Positions 8,655-17,194 of a DNA stretch of 34,072 nucleotides are shown here, in pieces. Every line of letters begins with the position of its first letter. Positions within the stretch are counted from its first letter, which is position 1. Where the stretch lies: the sequence record SRR20825019_1848; one strand, 5' to 3'. The notes beneath the pieces are model-generated. The model was not told the DNA's origin. It made no database searches and saw nothing but the letters and a program-made list of their open reading frames with translations. A program made the position numbers and the translations under genes.

Positions 8655-9233
8655 TTACAAAAACTTTATCGCGGCGAAACCGGCAATGCCAAGGGCGACA
8701 AAGGCGGTTGTCACCAGCCCGAGGCGCTTTTCAATAAACTCCCGGATCGGGTCACCAAACTTCCACAAAAGCGCCGCCACCAGATAGAAGCGCGCACCCC
8801 GTGCCGGTATAGCGGTGAGGAAAAACACAAAAGGGTTCATGCTCACCACGCCGCTTGCGATGGTCACCACCTTGAAGGGGATGGGCGTAAACCCGGCCAC
8901 CAGAATAATCAGGATACCATATTCCGCATAGTTCTGCTGGAAGGTGGCGAAAGCCTCCTGGTAGCCATAAAGCTCAAGAATGGGCTGGCCGATGGCTTCA
9001 AAGAGCAGTGCGCCGATCATATAGCCGAACATGCCACCAAGCACGGAGGCAACCAGCGTGATGGTGGCAAGCCGAAACGCGCGCATGGGCCGGGCCAGAA
9101 TCATCGGGATCATCATGAGGTCGATGGGGATGGGGAAAAAGCTGCTCTCGGCAAAGGATATGCCCGCCAGCCACTTCTCACTCGCGGGGCTCTCAGCCTT
9201 CGCGATCGTCCAGTCATACAGCTTTTTCAGCAT
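8655..9233 (-). CDS. YqaA/DedA (VTT domain) membrane protein
   Basis: SFAESSFFPIPID, GFTPIPFKVVTIASG, RGARFY. Confidence 0.93.
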   Translation of the reverse strand: MLKKLYDWTIAKAESPASEKWLAGISFAESSFFPIPIDLMMIPMILARPMRAFRLATITLVASVLGGMFGYMIGALLFEAIGQPILELYGYQEAFATFQQNYAEYGILIILVAGFTPIPFKVVTIASGVVSMNPFVFFLTAIPARGARFYLVAALLWKFGDPIREFIEKRLGLVTTAFVALGIAGFAAIKFL

Positions 9234-9314
9234 TGGTGCTCCCCGCCACTACGCCAAATGATGGTTAGCAACGTGGGCGGGGAAATACAATCACACAATC
9301 TCACTTTTCCGCGC

Positions 9315-9342
9315 TTGACGTGTGTGCGGCGGTGTATATGAT
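9315..9342 (+). promoter_or_regulatory. Sigma70 promoter for the tRNA
   Basis: TTGACG-16 nt-TATGAT, about 30 bp upstream of the tRNA. Confidence 0.65.
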
Positions 9343-9373
9343 GCACGGCGCTCAACAAGAGCCCACCTCACAG

Positions 9374-9458
9374 GCCCCTGTGGCGGAACTGGTAGACGCG
9401 CCGGATTCAAAATCCGGTTCTTTCGGGAGTGTCGGTTCGAGTCCGACCGGGGGCACCA
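9374..9458 (+). tRNA. tRNA-Leu (anticodon CAA)
   Basis: Acceptor stem GCCCCTG/CGGGGGC, anticodon arm CCGGA-TTCAAAA-TCCGG, long variable arm, GGTTCGAGTCC T-arm, encoded CCA end. Confidence 0.98.
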
Positions 9459-9791
9459 CATTTTCTTTATATTTCAACATACTTAACCATACATGGCGTA
9501 AATTTGCGCGGTGTGTTCCGTCATTATGCTCGGTATTTGAGCGTATTCAAGTCATGAAAAATGGGTGGCCAAAACTATGACCACCCACTTCCGAAACACC
9601 ATTTTTTGAGTCTCACTTCTGGTGACGCTTGATATACGTCTTCACCTGATCTGGGCACCACAGCGGCTCGAGCTTGGCTGCGGCGCTTCTGTTGTCGTTG
9701 ATGACCTCGGTCTTTGGTTTGGCACGTTGGTGCGACGGAGGATGGTCCCGTCAATGTCGGTGGCATAAGTTCATTAATCAAAATATGATAA

Positions 9792-9834
9792 AAAATATGG
9801 CGGGTTTCTGAACCCTAACGCTCTCATTACATAG
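9792..9834 (+). promoter_or_regulatory. Putative ECF-sigma-dependent promoter motif, copy 1
   Basis: AAAATATGGCGGGTTTCT...CCC...GCTCTCATTACATAG; a closely similar motif lies at 11576-11619. Confidence 0.6.
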
Positions 9835-9866
9835 TGGCGGTGTATCAGGGCGATGGAAAGGGTGCG

Positions 9867-10466
9867 ATGTCGAAGCGTAAAAATAGGATACTGGGTACCT
9901 TTGCCGAATACCGGGATGTTCTGGTGCGCGGTCTGTTGAGGTTGTCTGTAAGGCCATCAGATGTTGATGACATATTACAAGAATCTTTGACACGTACATT
10001 GGAAGCAAATGAAACCCGCGAAATTGATCACCCCAAGAGCTATTTGTTCACGGTGTCTCGCAACATTGTTTTTCGGGACCAGGAACGCAGTGCCCGAGAA
10101 GTACAATGGGAAATTGATGAAGCTATTCTGGAATCGCATACAGCCCCAATTGACCGAGAGCTATATTATAAACAAATGTTAGAGGTGTTTTGGGAGGCTT
10201 TAGAAACGCTACCCCAATCGCACAGACGGGCGATTTTATTGCGCAGAGTATACGGTTTTTCGCACAAGCAAGTAGCCAAGAAAATGGGCTTGTCCGTTAA
10301 TACGGTCGAGAAATATTTCGCACGTGGCATTAAGCGCTGCCAGGATGTCATGGCAGGGCGCGGTTATGGTGTGGAATTTATGGGGCAGGTTTCGGCAAAA
10401 GAAATAAACAAGAAAACAGCGGCGGGTAAGCATGCCAGAAATGGTAAAGGCGACAGAAATGAATGA
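9867..10466 (+). CDS. FecI-like ECF sigma-70 factor
   Basis: Region 2 (DVDDILQE...PKSYLFTVSRN) and region 4 (ALETLPQSHRRAILLRRVYGFSHKQVAKKMGLSVNTVEKY). Start ATG 9867 after GGAAAGG; GTG 9834 is an alternative. Confidence 0.92.
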   Translation: MSKRKNRILGTFAEYRDVLVRGLLRLSVRPSDVDDILQESLTRTLEANETREIDHPKSYLFTVSRNIVFRDQERSAREVQWEIDEAILESHTAPIDRELYYKQMLEVFWEALETLPQSHRRAILLRRVYGFSHKQVAKKMGLSVNTVEKYFARGIKRCQDVMAGRGYGVEFMGQVSAKEINKKTAAGKHARNGKGDRNE

Positions 10467-11532
10467 TGATCCAAGCATCGTGCCCTTGCGGCAAGAAGAG
10501 AAACAAAAGTTACAGGCGGCGGATTGGCTCGCCAAGTTGGACCGCGGCGACTTAACAGCAGAAGAACGTGCAGATTTTACGGACTGGTTGGCGGAAGATC
10601 CGAAGAACAAGGATTCAATTCAGCAGGCGGCGGACCTTTGGTATGGCCTTAATGAACCTTTAAGCAGGCTTGCGCCGCTTATGGCAGGGGAAGGACAGGA
10701 GGAGGGGCGTGCGAATGGTCAGATGCCGCTGGGCCTATTCGGTCCGGCTTTGGCGCGCCTTAAGGTAACGGCTTTTGCAGTGGCTGTCCTGCTCATCGGC
10801 GTTGTTTCAGCGAGTATCTTTTTGTCATCTCCATCTGCAGATGTGGAAAATTATTATGCCACAGCTGTTGGTGAGACGCGGATCGTTGATTTGGTTGATG
10901 GGTCACAGGTTCATCTGAACACCGATAGTATTATTGAGCAGTCATATTCCGGGGAAGAACGCGTTGTTCGTTTGATTGCTGGTGAGGCAATCTTTGATGT
11001 TGCTCATGATAAGGAGAGGCCATTTCTGGTCTACGCAGCGGATGGTGTTATTCGTGCAGTGGGAACACGCTTTGCCGTACGTGTGGCTGAACACAAGGTA
11101 AGTGTGACTGTTACTGACGGCCGAGTTGCACTTGCCCGGCGGTTAGACAAAAGCATGGCTCAAAACAATGTAATGGATGCCTTGGTATATCAAGAAACAC
11201 CTATCATGGTAAGTAAAGGCGGGGCTGCCGACATAGGCAGGACCGAAACCAATGTCCAACAATCTGTTTCTGAGCGTGATCTGGCTAAACGCCTTTCGTG
11301 GACTACAGGTCAGTTGGTTTTCTACGATGAAGACCTGCAGTCTGTCATTGACGAAGTGGCGCGCTATACGACGGTAAAGATCAAGGTGATGGATGACGCC
11401 CTGAAGGATAAGAAAATTACAGGAATTCTTCAAATTGGCGATGTGGATTTGATGCTGGAGGGTGTTGAAGCTGCCTTAAATATCAAGGCAAATCGTATAG
11501 AACCCAACCTTGTGCATTTGACTGCGAGTTAG
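10459..11532 (+). CDS. FecR-like anti-sigma / transmembrane signal transducer
   Basis: AADWLAKL...FTDWLAEDPKN N-domain, TM helix, TAVGETRIVDLVDGSQVHLNTDS, GEAIFDVAHDKERPF, AVGTRFAV, WTTGQLVF. Start overlaps the sigma stop. Confidence 0.95.
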   Translation: MNDDPSIVPLRQEEKQKLQAADWLAKLDRGDLTAEERADFTDWLAEDPKNKDSIQQAADLWYGLNEPLSRLAPLMAGEGQEEGRANGQMPLGLFGPALARLKVTAFAVAVLLIGVVSASIFLSSPSADVENYYATAVGETRIVDLVDGSQVHLNTDSIIEQSYSGEERVVRLIAGEAIFDVAHDKERPFLVYAADGVIRAVGTRFAVRVAEHKVSVTVTDGRVALARRLDKSMAQNNVMDALVYQETPIMVSKGGAADIGRTETNVQQSVSERDLAKRLSWTTGQLVFYDEDLQSVIDEVARYTTVKIKVMDDALKDKKITGILQIGDVDLMLEGVEAALNIKANRIEPNLVHLTAS

Positions 11533-11575
11533 ATTGAAAAAAGTAGCCCAGAGACCTTAATGACAGAAAAAATAT

Positions 11576-11619
11576 AAAATATGTCCGGTTTTTTCACCCA
11601 CCCTGCTCTCATTATATAG
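11576..11619 (+). promoter_or_regulatory. Putative ECF-sigma-dependent promoter motif, copy 2
   Basis: AAAATATGTCCGGTTTTT...CCC...GCTCTCATTATATAG, ending 10 bp before the receptor start. Confidence 0.65.
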
Positions 11620-11629
11620 GTCGTTAGAG

Positions 11630-14278
11630 ATGACGGATTTGAAACAACGGCCGAGGGATAAATGGGGTGGACTACGCAGGTATATTGGGTTTGTTTTAAT
11701 CTTCGTTGGATTAAGCTGTGGAAATGCCGTCGCGGCAATCGCTGATGGTCCAGCACTAAAACACTATACTCTCGATATACCTTCCTCCCGAATTGATGTT
11801 GCTCTCTTTGCCTTGGCGCGAGAAACGGGGAAATCATTAATTATTCCTTCGGGTGATACAGCCACTGAACGCTCTCAGGCACTAAGTGGCACGTACACGT
11901 TGACCGAAGCACTCTCGATAATGCTCAGGGATACAACCCTTGCCGGCGGCCTAACCGAAAACGGGGTCATTGTGATCTCGTTCAATGAAGCCAAAGGGCG
12001 AGGTCAGGCCACAGAGCAGGGCCGGGAGGAAAACACAATGAATAATAGCAAGCTGAAAAAGAGCTTACTGGCAAGTGTTGCCAGTTTCCTGTTTGGTGCA
12101 GGGGGTGCGCATGCGCAGGACAATGCTACGAATAGTAGCGCCTTTGACCTGGACGAGATTGTGGTGACAGCTACTCGTCGAGAATCGAGCGTGCAGTCAA
12201 CAGCGTTGAGCATTAGTGCGTTTGGCGGCAAAAGCCTTGAAGAAAAAGGCTATAATAGTATTGGCCAGTTTATCGATACTGTGCCCGGCGTTACAGCTAA
12301 TGACGAAGGTGGCGGTTCAAACAGAATTATCATCCGTAATATCAATACTTCCACGCAAGAGTCAGGCAGTTCGTCGGTAGCCACATATTTTGATGACTTT
12401 GCCCTCACTACAACCAGCTTCTCGACAGCAGCGGATATCCGTCTGGTTGATGTGAGCCGTGTGGAGGTGTTGAAAGGCCCGCAGGGCACACTTTTTGGCC
12501 GTAGTGCCATGGGCGGCATAGTGCGTTATATTTCCAATAAGCCCGACACTGAGGCTTTTGCCGGCGGTCTCAATACTTATCTTTCTGATACTGCGGACGG
12601 CGGCTCCAATTATGGCGGGCATGGATATTTGAATATACCTGTTGCGGAGAACCTGGCTGTCCGCATGACAGGCTATTATTACGACAACGCAGGCTTCATC
12701 GATAATGTGGAGTTGGGCATTGACGATATTAACGAAGAAAAAACATGGGGTGGCAGACTTGCGGCACACTGGGACGTAACAGACACCTTCAGCGCTGATT
12801 TCACCTATCTCTATCAGAGCCAGAATGCAGGGCCTAACTCTGTCACCACAACTCGCACCCCTGGAGATTTGAACATAGCAGGTGACGAAGGGCCTGATGT
12901 TCCCTTTGATCTGAATGCGCGTACTGCAATTGGTGGTGTAGTTGAGGAACGCGACAATACGTATGAGTTTTTCAATCTAAAACTCGAAAAAGATTTTGAG
13001 GGTTTTACGACAACATTTTTGGCGACACGCAATAAGCTGAAGTTCGACTTTACGTTTGATCAGAGAGAGTTCGTTGGCTTTAGGAGTGGCTGTGCCTGTG
13101 ATATTCCAGCCGATGGCAACCCTTCTCAGGATACAGAAACGGATATCCTCGAGTTACGCTTTGTGTCTTCCAGCGATGGCTTTTTTGATTGGATATTCGG
13201 CCTTTATTATGAGGATGAAGAAACAGCCATTAAGCAGTTCAATATTTATAAAGGACCTGATCAGATACTGTTTGGTCTAATACCGTTCACCGACGGAGAT
13301 GTGGCCCTTGACTCTATCGATGCGATGAATGGTGAAGAACAAGCGGTGTACGGTGAACTGGGCCTGAACTTTACAGCCGCAACCAAGTTCACGGTTGGAT
13401 ATCGGCGCTCTCATGTTGAATTTGACAGGCTGGGCATCAAAGCGGATGGTATCTTTAATGCGTTTAACGGAGCAGGTGCCCTTGTCGGACTTCCTTTTGA
13501 TACCAGTGAAAATGTTAACACCTTCAAGTTTTCGCTAGAGCATCAGTTGAACGACGATGTATTTGCCTATGCTACGGCCACCTCAGGGTATCGTCGGGGC
13601 GGCTTCAATTTGCCAACAGCAATATCTGAATTTTCCACTTTTGATTCCGATACTCTCTGGAACTATGAGTTAGGTATCAAATCAACATGGTTGAATGGTC
13701 GTTTGATCGCCAACCTTTCAGCTTATTTGATTGACTATACAGACATCCAGCTAACTGTTCAGGACCCGATTACCTTTGGCAGAACGACACAAAACGTTGG
13801 TAAAGCGCAGGTGACAGGCCTTGAATTCAGCATGGTGTTCCAAGCCAGCGAAGCTCTCAACCTTTCTTTCAATGGTGCGCTCAGCAACCCTAAACTGAAA
13901 GAAGATGTGCCGGGTGGTGTGTCAGGTAAAAATGGTGATCGCCTTCCTGGTTCAGCGAAGGAAAGTTTTGCGATTACAGCTGATTGGGCTCGGCCGCTGA
14001 ACGATGAATTGTCGCTATATAGTATCGTGACATACAAATATGTTGGCGAGCGATTGAATGACTTTAACCTGGATCTTGATGTTGCTCTGCCATCTTATGG
14101 TCTCGTCGATGCCCGTATAGGGCTGCGCAGTGTCGATGGGTATAGTATCTCTTTGTTTGCAAACAACTTATTTGACGAAAAGGTACTGTACGGCATCGAC
14201 CGTCAAGGTCCGTTTTTTGAGGCAGCGAGTACAAATCGTCCGCGTACGATTGGCCTTAATCTCGCATATGATTTCTAA
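11630..14278 (+). CDS. TonB-dependent outer-membrane transducer (STN signalling domain + plug + beta-barrel)
   Basis: Signal peptide; STN-like YTLDIPSSRIDVALFALARETG...LSGTYTLTEALSIMLRDT; TonB box LDEIVVTA; plug motif RVEVLKGPQGTLFGRSAMGGIV; C-terminal ANNLFDE...PRTIGLNLAYDF ending in Phe. Confidence 0.96.
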   Translation: MTDLKQRPRDKWGGLRRYIGFVLIFVGLSCGNAVAAIADGPALKHYTLDIPSSRIDVALFALARETGKSLIIPSGDTATERSQALSGTYTLTEALSIMLRDTTLAGGLTENGVIVISFNEAKGRGQATEQGREENTMNNSKLKKSLLASVASFLFGAGGAHAQDNATNSSAFDLDEIVVTATRRESSVQSTALSISAFGGKSLEEKGYNSIGQFIDTVPGVTANDEGGGSNRIIIRNINTSTQESGSSSVATYFDDFALTTTSFSTAADIRLVDVSRVEVLKGPQGTLFGRSAMGGIVRYISNKPDTEAFAGGLNTYLSDTADGGSNYGGHGYLNIPVAENLAVRMTGYYYDNAGFIDNVELGIDDINEEKTWGGRLAAHWDVTDTFSADFTYLYQSQNAGPNSVTTTRTPGDLNIAGDEGPDVPFDLNARTAIGGVVEERDNTYEFFNLKLEKDFEGFTTTFLATRNKLKFDFTFDQREFVGFRSGCACDIPADGNPSQDTETDILELRFVSSSDGFFDWIFGLYYEDEETAIKQFNIYKGPDQILFGLIPFTDGDVALDSIDAMNGEEQAVYGELGLNFTAATKFTVGYRRSHVEFDRLGIKADGIFNAFNGAGALVGLPFDTSENVNTFKFSLEHQLNDDVFAYATATSGYRRGGFNLPTAISEFSTFDSDTLWNYELGIKSTWLNGRLIANLSAYLIDYTDIQLTVQDPITFGRTTQNVGKAQVTGLEFSMVFQASEALNLSFNGALSNPKLKEDVPGGVSGKNGDRLPGSAKESFAITADWARPLNDELSLYSIVTYKYVGERLNDFNLDLDVALPSYGLVDARIGLRSVDGYSISLFANNLFDEKVLYGIDRQGPFFEAASTNRPRTIGLNLAYDF
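12024..12115 (+). other. Internal in-frame Shine-Dalgarno, ATG and second signal peptide within the receptor gene
   Basis: GGGAGG (12024-12029), 8 nt, then ATG 12038 (Met137) starting MNNSKLKKSLLASVASFLFGAGGAHA|QD. Confidence 0.75.
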
Positions 14279-14312
14279 AGCCGACCTATTCCTCTTCTGA
14301 CAAAAATCACCG

Positions 14313-14344
14313 CTACAGAAGAGCCTGTCGAGGCTCTTCTGTAG
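14313..14344. other. Perfect 14-bp stem-loop between the receptor and hydrolase genes
   Basis: CTACAGAAGAGCCT-GTCG-AGGCTCTTCTGTAG, with no T tract on either side. Confidence 0.75.
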
Positions 14345-14421
14345 AAGAGACATAAGCAAATTCCTGTCCACAAGGCAGCAGGTGTTCCAGCCTGCTTCTA
14401 TTCGGCTACGTAAGGATTTAC

Positions 14422-15495
14422 ATGATGAAATACTGTCTTTTTCACCCAATTATAACATTGGCCTTGAGCTTGTTTGCCATTGGTGCGCAAGCAAACTCAC
14501 CACAAGATATTTTGCCAGATACCTCAGAGAACCGCGCTCGTGTAGCTGCAGCATATGAACAGTATTTGAATATTGATAGAGAGCATGGGCGTTTCATTGA
14601 GGTCAATGGCATCAAAATGCATTATCTGGAGTGGGGAGACGATAGCGGTGTGCCGCTTATTTGGTCACATGGATACAGTAGCACAGGATTTGAGTTGGTG
14701 AATGTCGCTGACCAGCTTGTTGAAGCCGGTTATCATGTCTATTCCATTTCATATCGCGGCCACGGTCACACTCAAGTTGACAACTATGAGTTTTCCCTCG
14801 CGCATATTGCCGATGATATTGCCGCGATGATGGATAAACTTGGCATTGAAAAAGCGGTTATTGGCGGCCTTTCTCTGGGGGGAGGTGTGACGACCACCTT
14901 TTATGAAAACTATCCAGAGCGCGTGCTCGGTATCGTTCTGGAAGATGGTGGCGCGGATGCTGTGCAGCTCCGGACAGAAATTATGTACGAGCAGATGAAA
15001 GCCATGTTGGAGCATATGCCTGCGATGCAAATGCCAGTGTTTCAAGACCGTTTTGCAGGAATAAAGTTTATGGCGAACTTATATGTTCCGGGATGGGGTG
15101 GTGAATTTCCCAAATTATCAATGGTTGCTCTTCATTCCTTTGTGGTTGAAAAAAAAGACGGTACGTTTGGCATGCATCATGATGATGCCAAAATGTTCGA
15201 TGCCTTTGGTGAGGCGGCAATTAATCCCGGCCTAACCCATAGGCTTCCCTTGCTGCACCAATCCTGGCGCCGTGTTCATCCTTATATCACATACCGTAAT
15301 CTGTCAGTTCCGATGGTCATTATTGACCCAACAGGGGACCTGTTTGACGCGACGGGGTCCTTTGAAAAACTGCGTGATATGCACCCCGACCTGATCACAC
15401 TTGTGGACTATCCAAACACCCCTCATGCGGCCCATCCCATGCGTCCAGAATGGTTTGTGCGGGATTTAGAAGCCTTACTTGAGAGGATTAAATAA
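14422..15495 (+). CDS. Secreted alpha/beta-fold hydrolase
   Basis: Signal peptide (…AIGAQA|N), MHYLEWG, WSHG oxyanion motif, RGHGHT, nucleophile elbow GLSLGG, C-terminal His (TPHAAH). Confidence 0.92.
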   Translation: MMKYCLFHPIITLALSLFAIGAQANSPQDILPDTSENRARVAAAYEQYLNIDREHGRFIEVNGIKMHYLEWGDDSGVPLIWSHGYSSTGFELVNVADQLVEAGYHVYSISYRGHGHTQVDNYEFSLAHIADDIAAMMDKLGIEKAVIGGLSLGGGVTTTFYENYPERVLGIVLEDGGADAVQLRTEIMYEQMKAMLEHMPAMQMPVFQDRFAGIKFMANLYVPGWGGEFPKLSMVALHSFVVEKKDGTFGMHHDDAKMFDAFGEAAINPGLTHRLPLLHQSWRRVHPYITYRNLSVPMVIIDPTGDLFDATGSFEKLRDMHPDLITLVDYPNTPHAAHPMRPEWFVRDLEALLERIK

Positions 15496-16919
15496 TGAAA
15501 TCGTATCTGTATCTCGCGGTATGTACCGCTGTTGGAACCATATCTTTGCAAGCTCAGGCAAACGAGCACCAGGACATGGCAACGATTACTAAGGAAATGG
15601 CGGCGGGTGCGGGTGCGAAACTGGCCTGTTCAGGTGTGTTCCTGCAAAACCGTACCCCTGAAAATGTGGTTCAACGTGATCTGAGGCCCATTGCATATCC
15701 CTTGTTAAAGGATGTTGAGTTTGGCTTTGATCAGAACACCAAGATAGCCACGGCAATTGCGGGCGATGTAAAGCGATCTGCCCTGTACCGCCCCGGGGTG
15801 GGGTGCACACTTATGTTGGATAACAGCACCCCGGACCAACTGCTTGAGCAAGCAAAAGAAATCGCTGATAATTTTAGGCCCCGACGTGCGCAGGAGTGGC
15901 CTTTAGGCGATGAAGTGTCTTTGGACAGGAACCGTAGAGGCGTTGACTGGAAAAAACTTGATGCTGCTGTAGATGCGGCTTTTGTTGATGCTTCTGAACA
16001 TCAGACCGTTGATACACGGGCTGTCCTCGTTGTCTACCAGGGGAAGATTGTTGCAGAGAAATATGCTGAAGGCTTTAATCAAGAAAGCCGGTTTTTAGCG
16101 TGGTCAGCCAGCAAAAGTGTTGCCAGTGCGCTGATTGGAACAATGGTAACCAGGAATAAGCTTGCGCTAGACGAAGCGGCACCGGTTTCAGAGTGGTCTG
16201 CAGAAGGTGATGCACGCGGTCAAATTACGCTTCGTAGTTTGCTGAATATGACAAGTGGGCTTGAGTTTACAGAGCCCTATATTCCAGGGAACGACAGCAC
16301 GAACATGTTGTTTCGTGAAGGATATATGGCGAAATACGCAGCGAATAAGCCTGCTGAAACAGCGCCTGATACAAAGTGGTATTATTCATCGGGAACGACA
16401 AACATATTGTCTCATATCCTGTTTGATGCAGTAGGGGGCACTCTGCAAGACGTACACACCTATGCCTGGGATCATTTCTTTAAGCCAGTGGGCATGACAA
16501 GTGCTGTGTTCGAGCCGGATGTGTCCGGTTCGCATGTTGGTAGTTCATACTTTTATGCCACAGCCCAGGATTGGGCACGTTTTGGTCTATTATTTTTGAA
16601 CGAAGGCATGGTTGGTGACAAGCAGGTCTTGTCTAGAGAGTGGGTGGCTTATACGCGATCAGTTACACCGCTGGCTCCAAAAGGTATGTATGGCGCACAG
16701 TTTTGGCATAATCGTGGCAGCCTGGATAATGAAGAGGACCGTATGTTAGTTGATGCACCCAAGGACCTGTTTATGGCCGCAGGGTATGCGGGGCAACATA
16801 TTGCGATTGTTCCCTCGAAAGATGCCGTTGTGATACGGTTTGGCTGGACGAACAGGGGAGAAAAGTTCGATGTCAATAAGCATTTCTCAGAAATACTGAA
16901 TGCGTTACCCGAGAAATAA
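15495..16919 (+). CDS. Secreted serine hydrolase, beta-lactamase/NylB-like family
   Basis: Signal peptide, WSASKS (SxxK), LLNMTSGL, YYSSG, DWARFG, AAGYAGQ. TAATG coupling to the upstream gene. Confidence 0.92.
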   Translation: MKSYLYLAVCTAVGTISLQAQANEHQDMATITKEMAAGAGAKLACSGVFLQNRTPENVVQRDLRPIAYPLLKDVEFGFDQNTKIATAIAGDVKRSALYRPGVGCTLMLDNSTPDQLLEQAKEIADNFRPRRAQEWPLGDEVSLDRNRRGVDWKKLDAAVDAAFVDASEHQTVDTRAVLVVYQGKIVAEKYAEGFNQESRFLAWSASKSVASALIGTMVTRNKLALDEAAPVSEWSAEGDARGQITLRSLLNMTSGLEFTEPYIPGNDSTNMLFREGYMAKYAANKPAETAPDTKWYYSSGTTNILSHILFDAVGGTLQDVHTYAWDHFFKPVGMTSAVFEPDVSGSHVGSSYFYATAQDWARFGLLFLNEGMVGDKQVLSREWVAYTRSVTPLAPKGMYGAQFWHNRGSLDNEEDRMLVDAPKDLFMAAGYAGQHIAIVPSKDAVVIRFGWTNRGEKFDVNKHFSEILNALPEK

Positions 16920-17194
16920 AGGGTGATGAGGAAGTATAGTGAGTTTGGCATTGTATTGTGCCCTCAGGTGTTTTTTTTTGGTTCGTGACGGTTATGCAAA
17001 AAATCCGAACCAAAAATCCTCCTTTAAGTAAACCCGCTAACCTGTCCCATAGGCGCTGACGGGGAACAGTAGGCATGCAAATTCTTGGGGGTGCTATCGA
17101 GGGATATAACTACTTGAGGAAGAAAGAAACGCCGGGGCACGTTATCTTCCGAGTTCCCTCTGCGATGACGAGCCTGGTCCTCTCAGGCCAGCTT

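Larger units (their letters stand above)
9459..17000. other. Lower-GC accessory block inserted at the tRNA-Leu 3' end (no integrase visible); right boundary approximate
   Basis: Hand-counted 60-nt sample lines: 13201 is 20/60 GC, 15121 is 24/60, 12781 is 30/60, versus 37/60 at 7801 in the core. Begins immediately after the tRNA. Confidence 0.55.

Noticed and set aside
7540-9233. yqaA-dsbB-coq7 operon as a novel quinone/disulfide system
   Set aside because: Functionally coherent, but a familiar conserved arrangement in Alphaproteobacteria.
9468-9488. dif/XerD-like arm after the tRNA
   Set aside because: Only a partial resemblance to one arm; no XerC arm at the right spacing.
9320-9781. ORFs 9320-9580 and 9575-9781
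   Set aside because: The first runs through the tRNA; the second has no RBS or recognisable motif.
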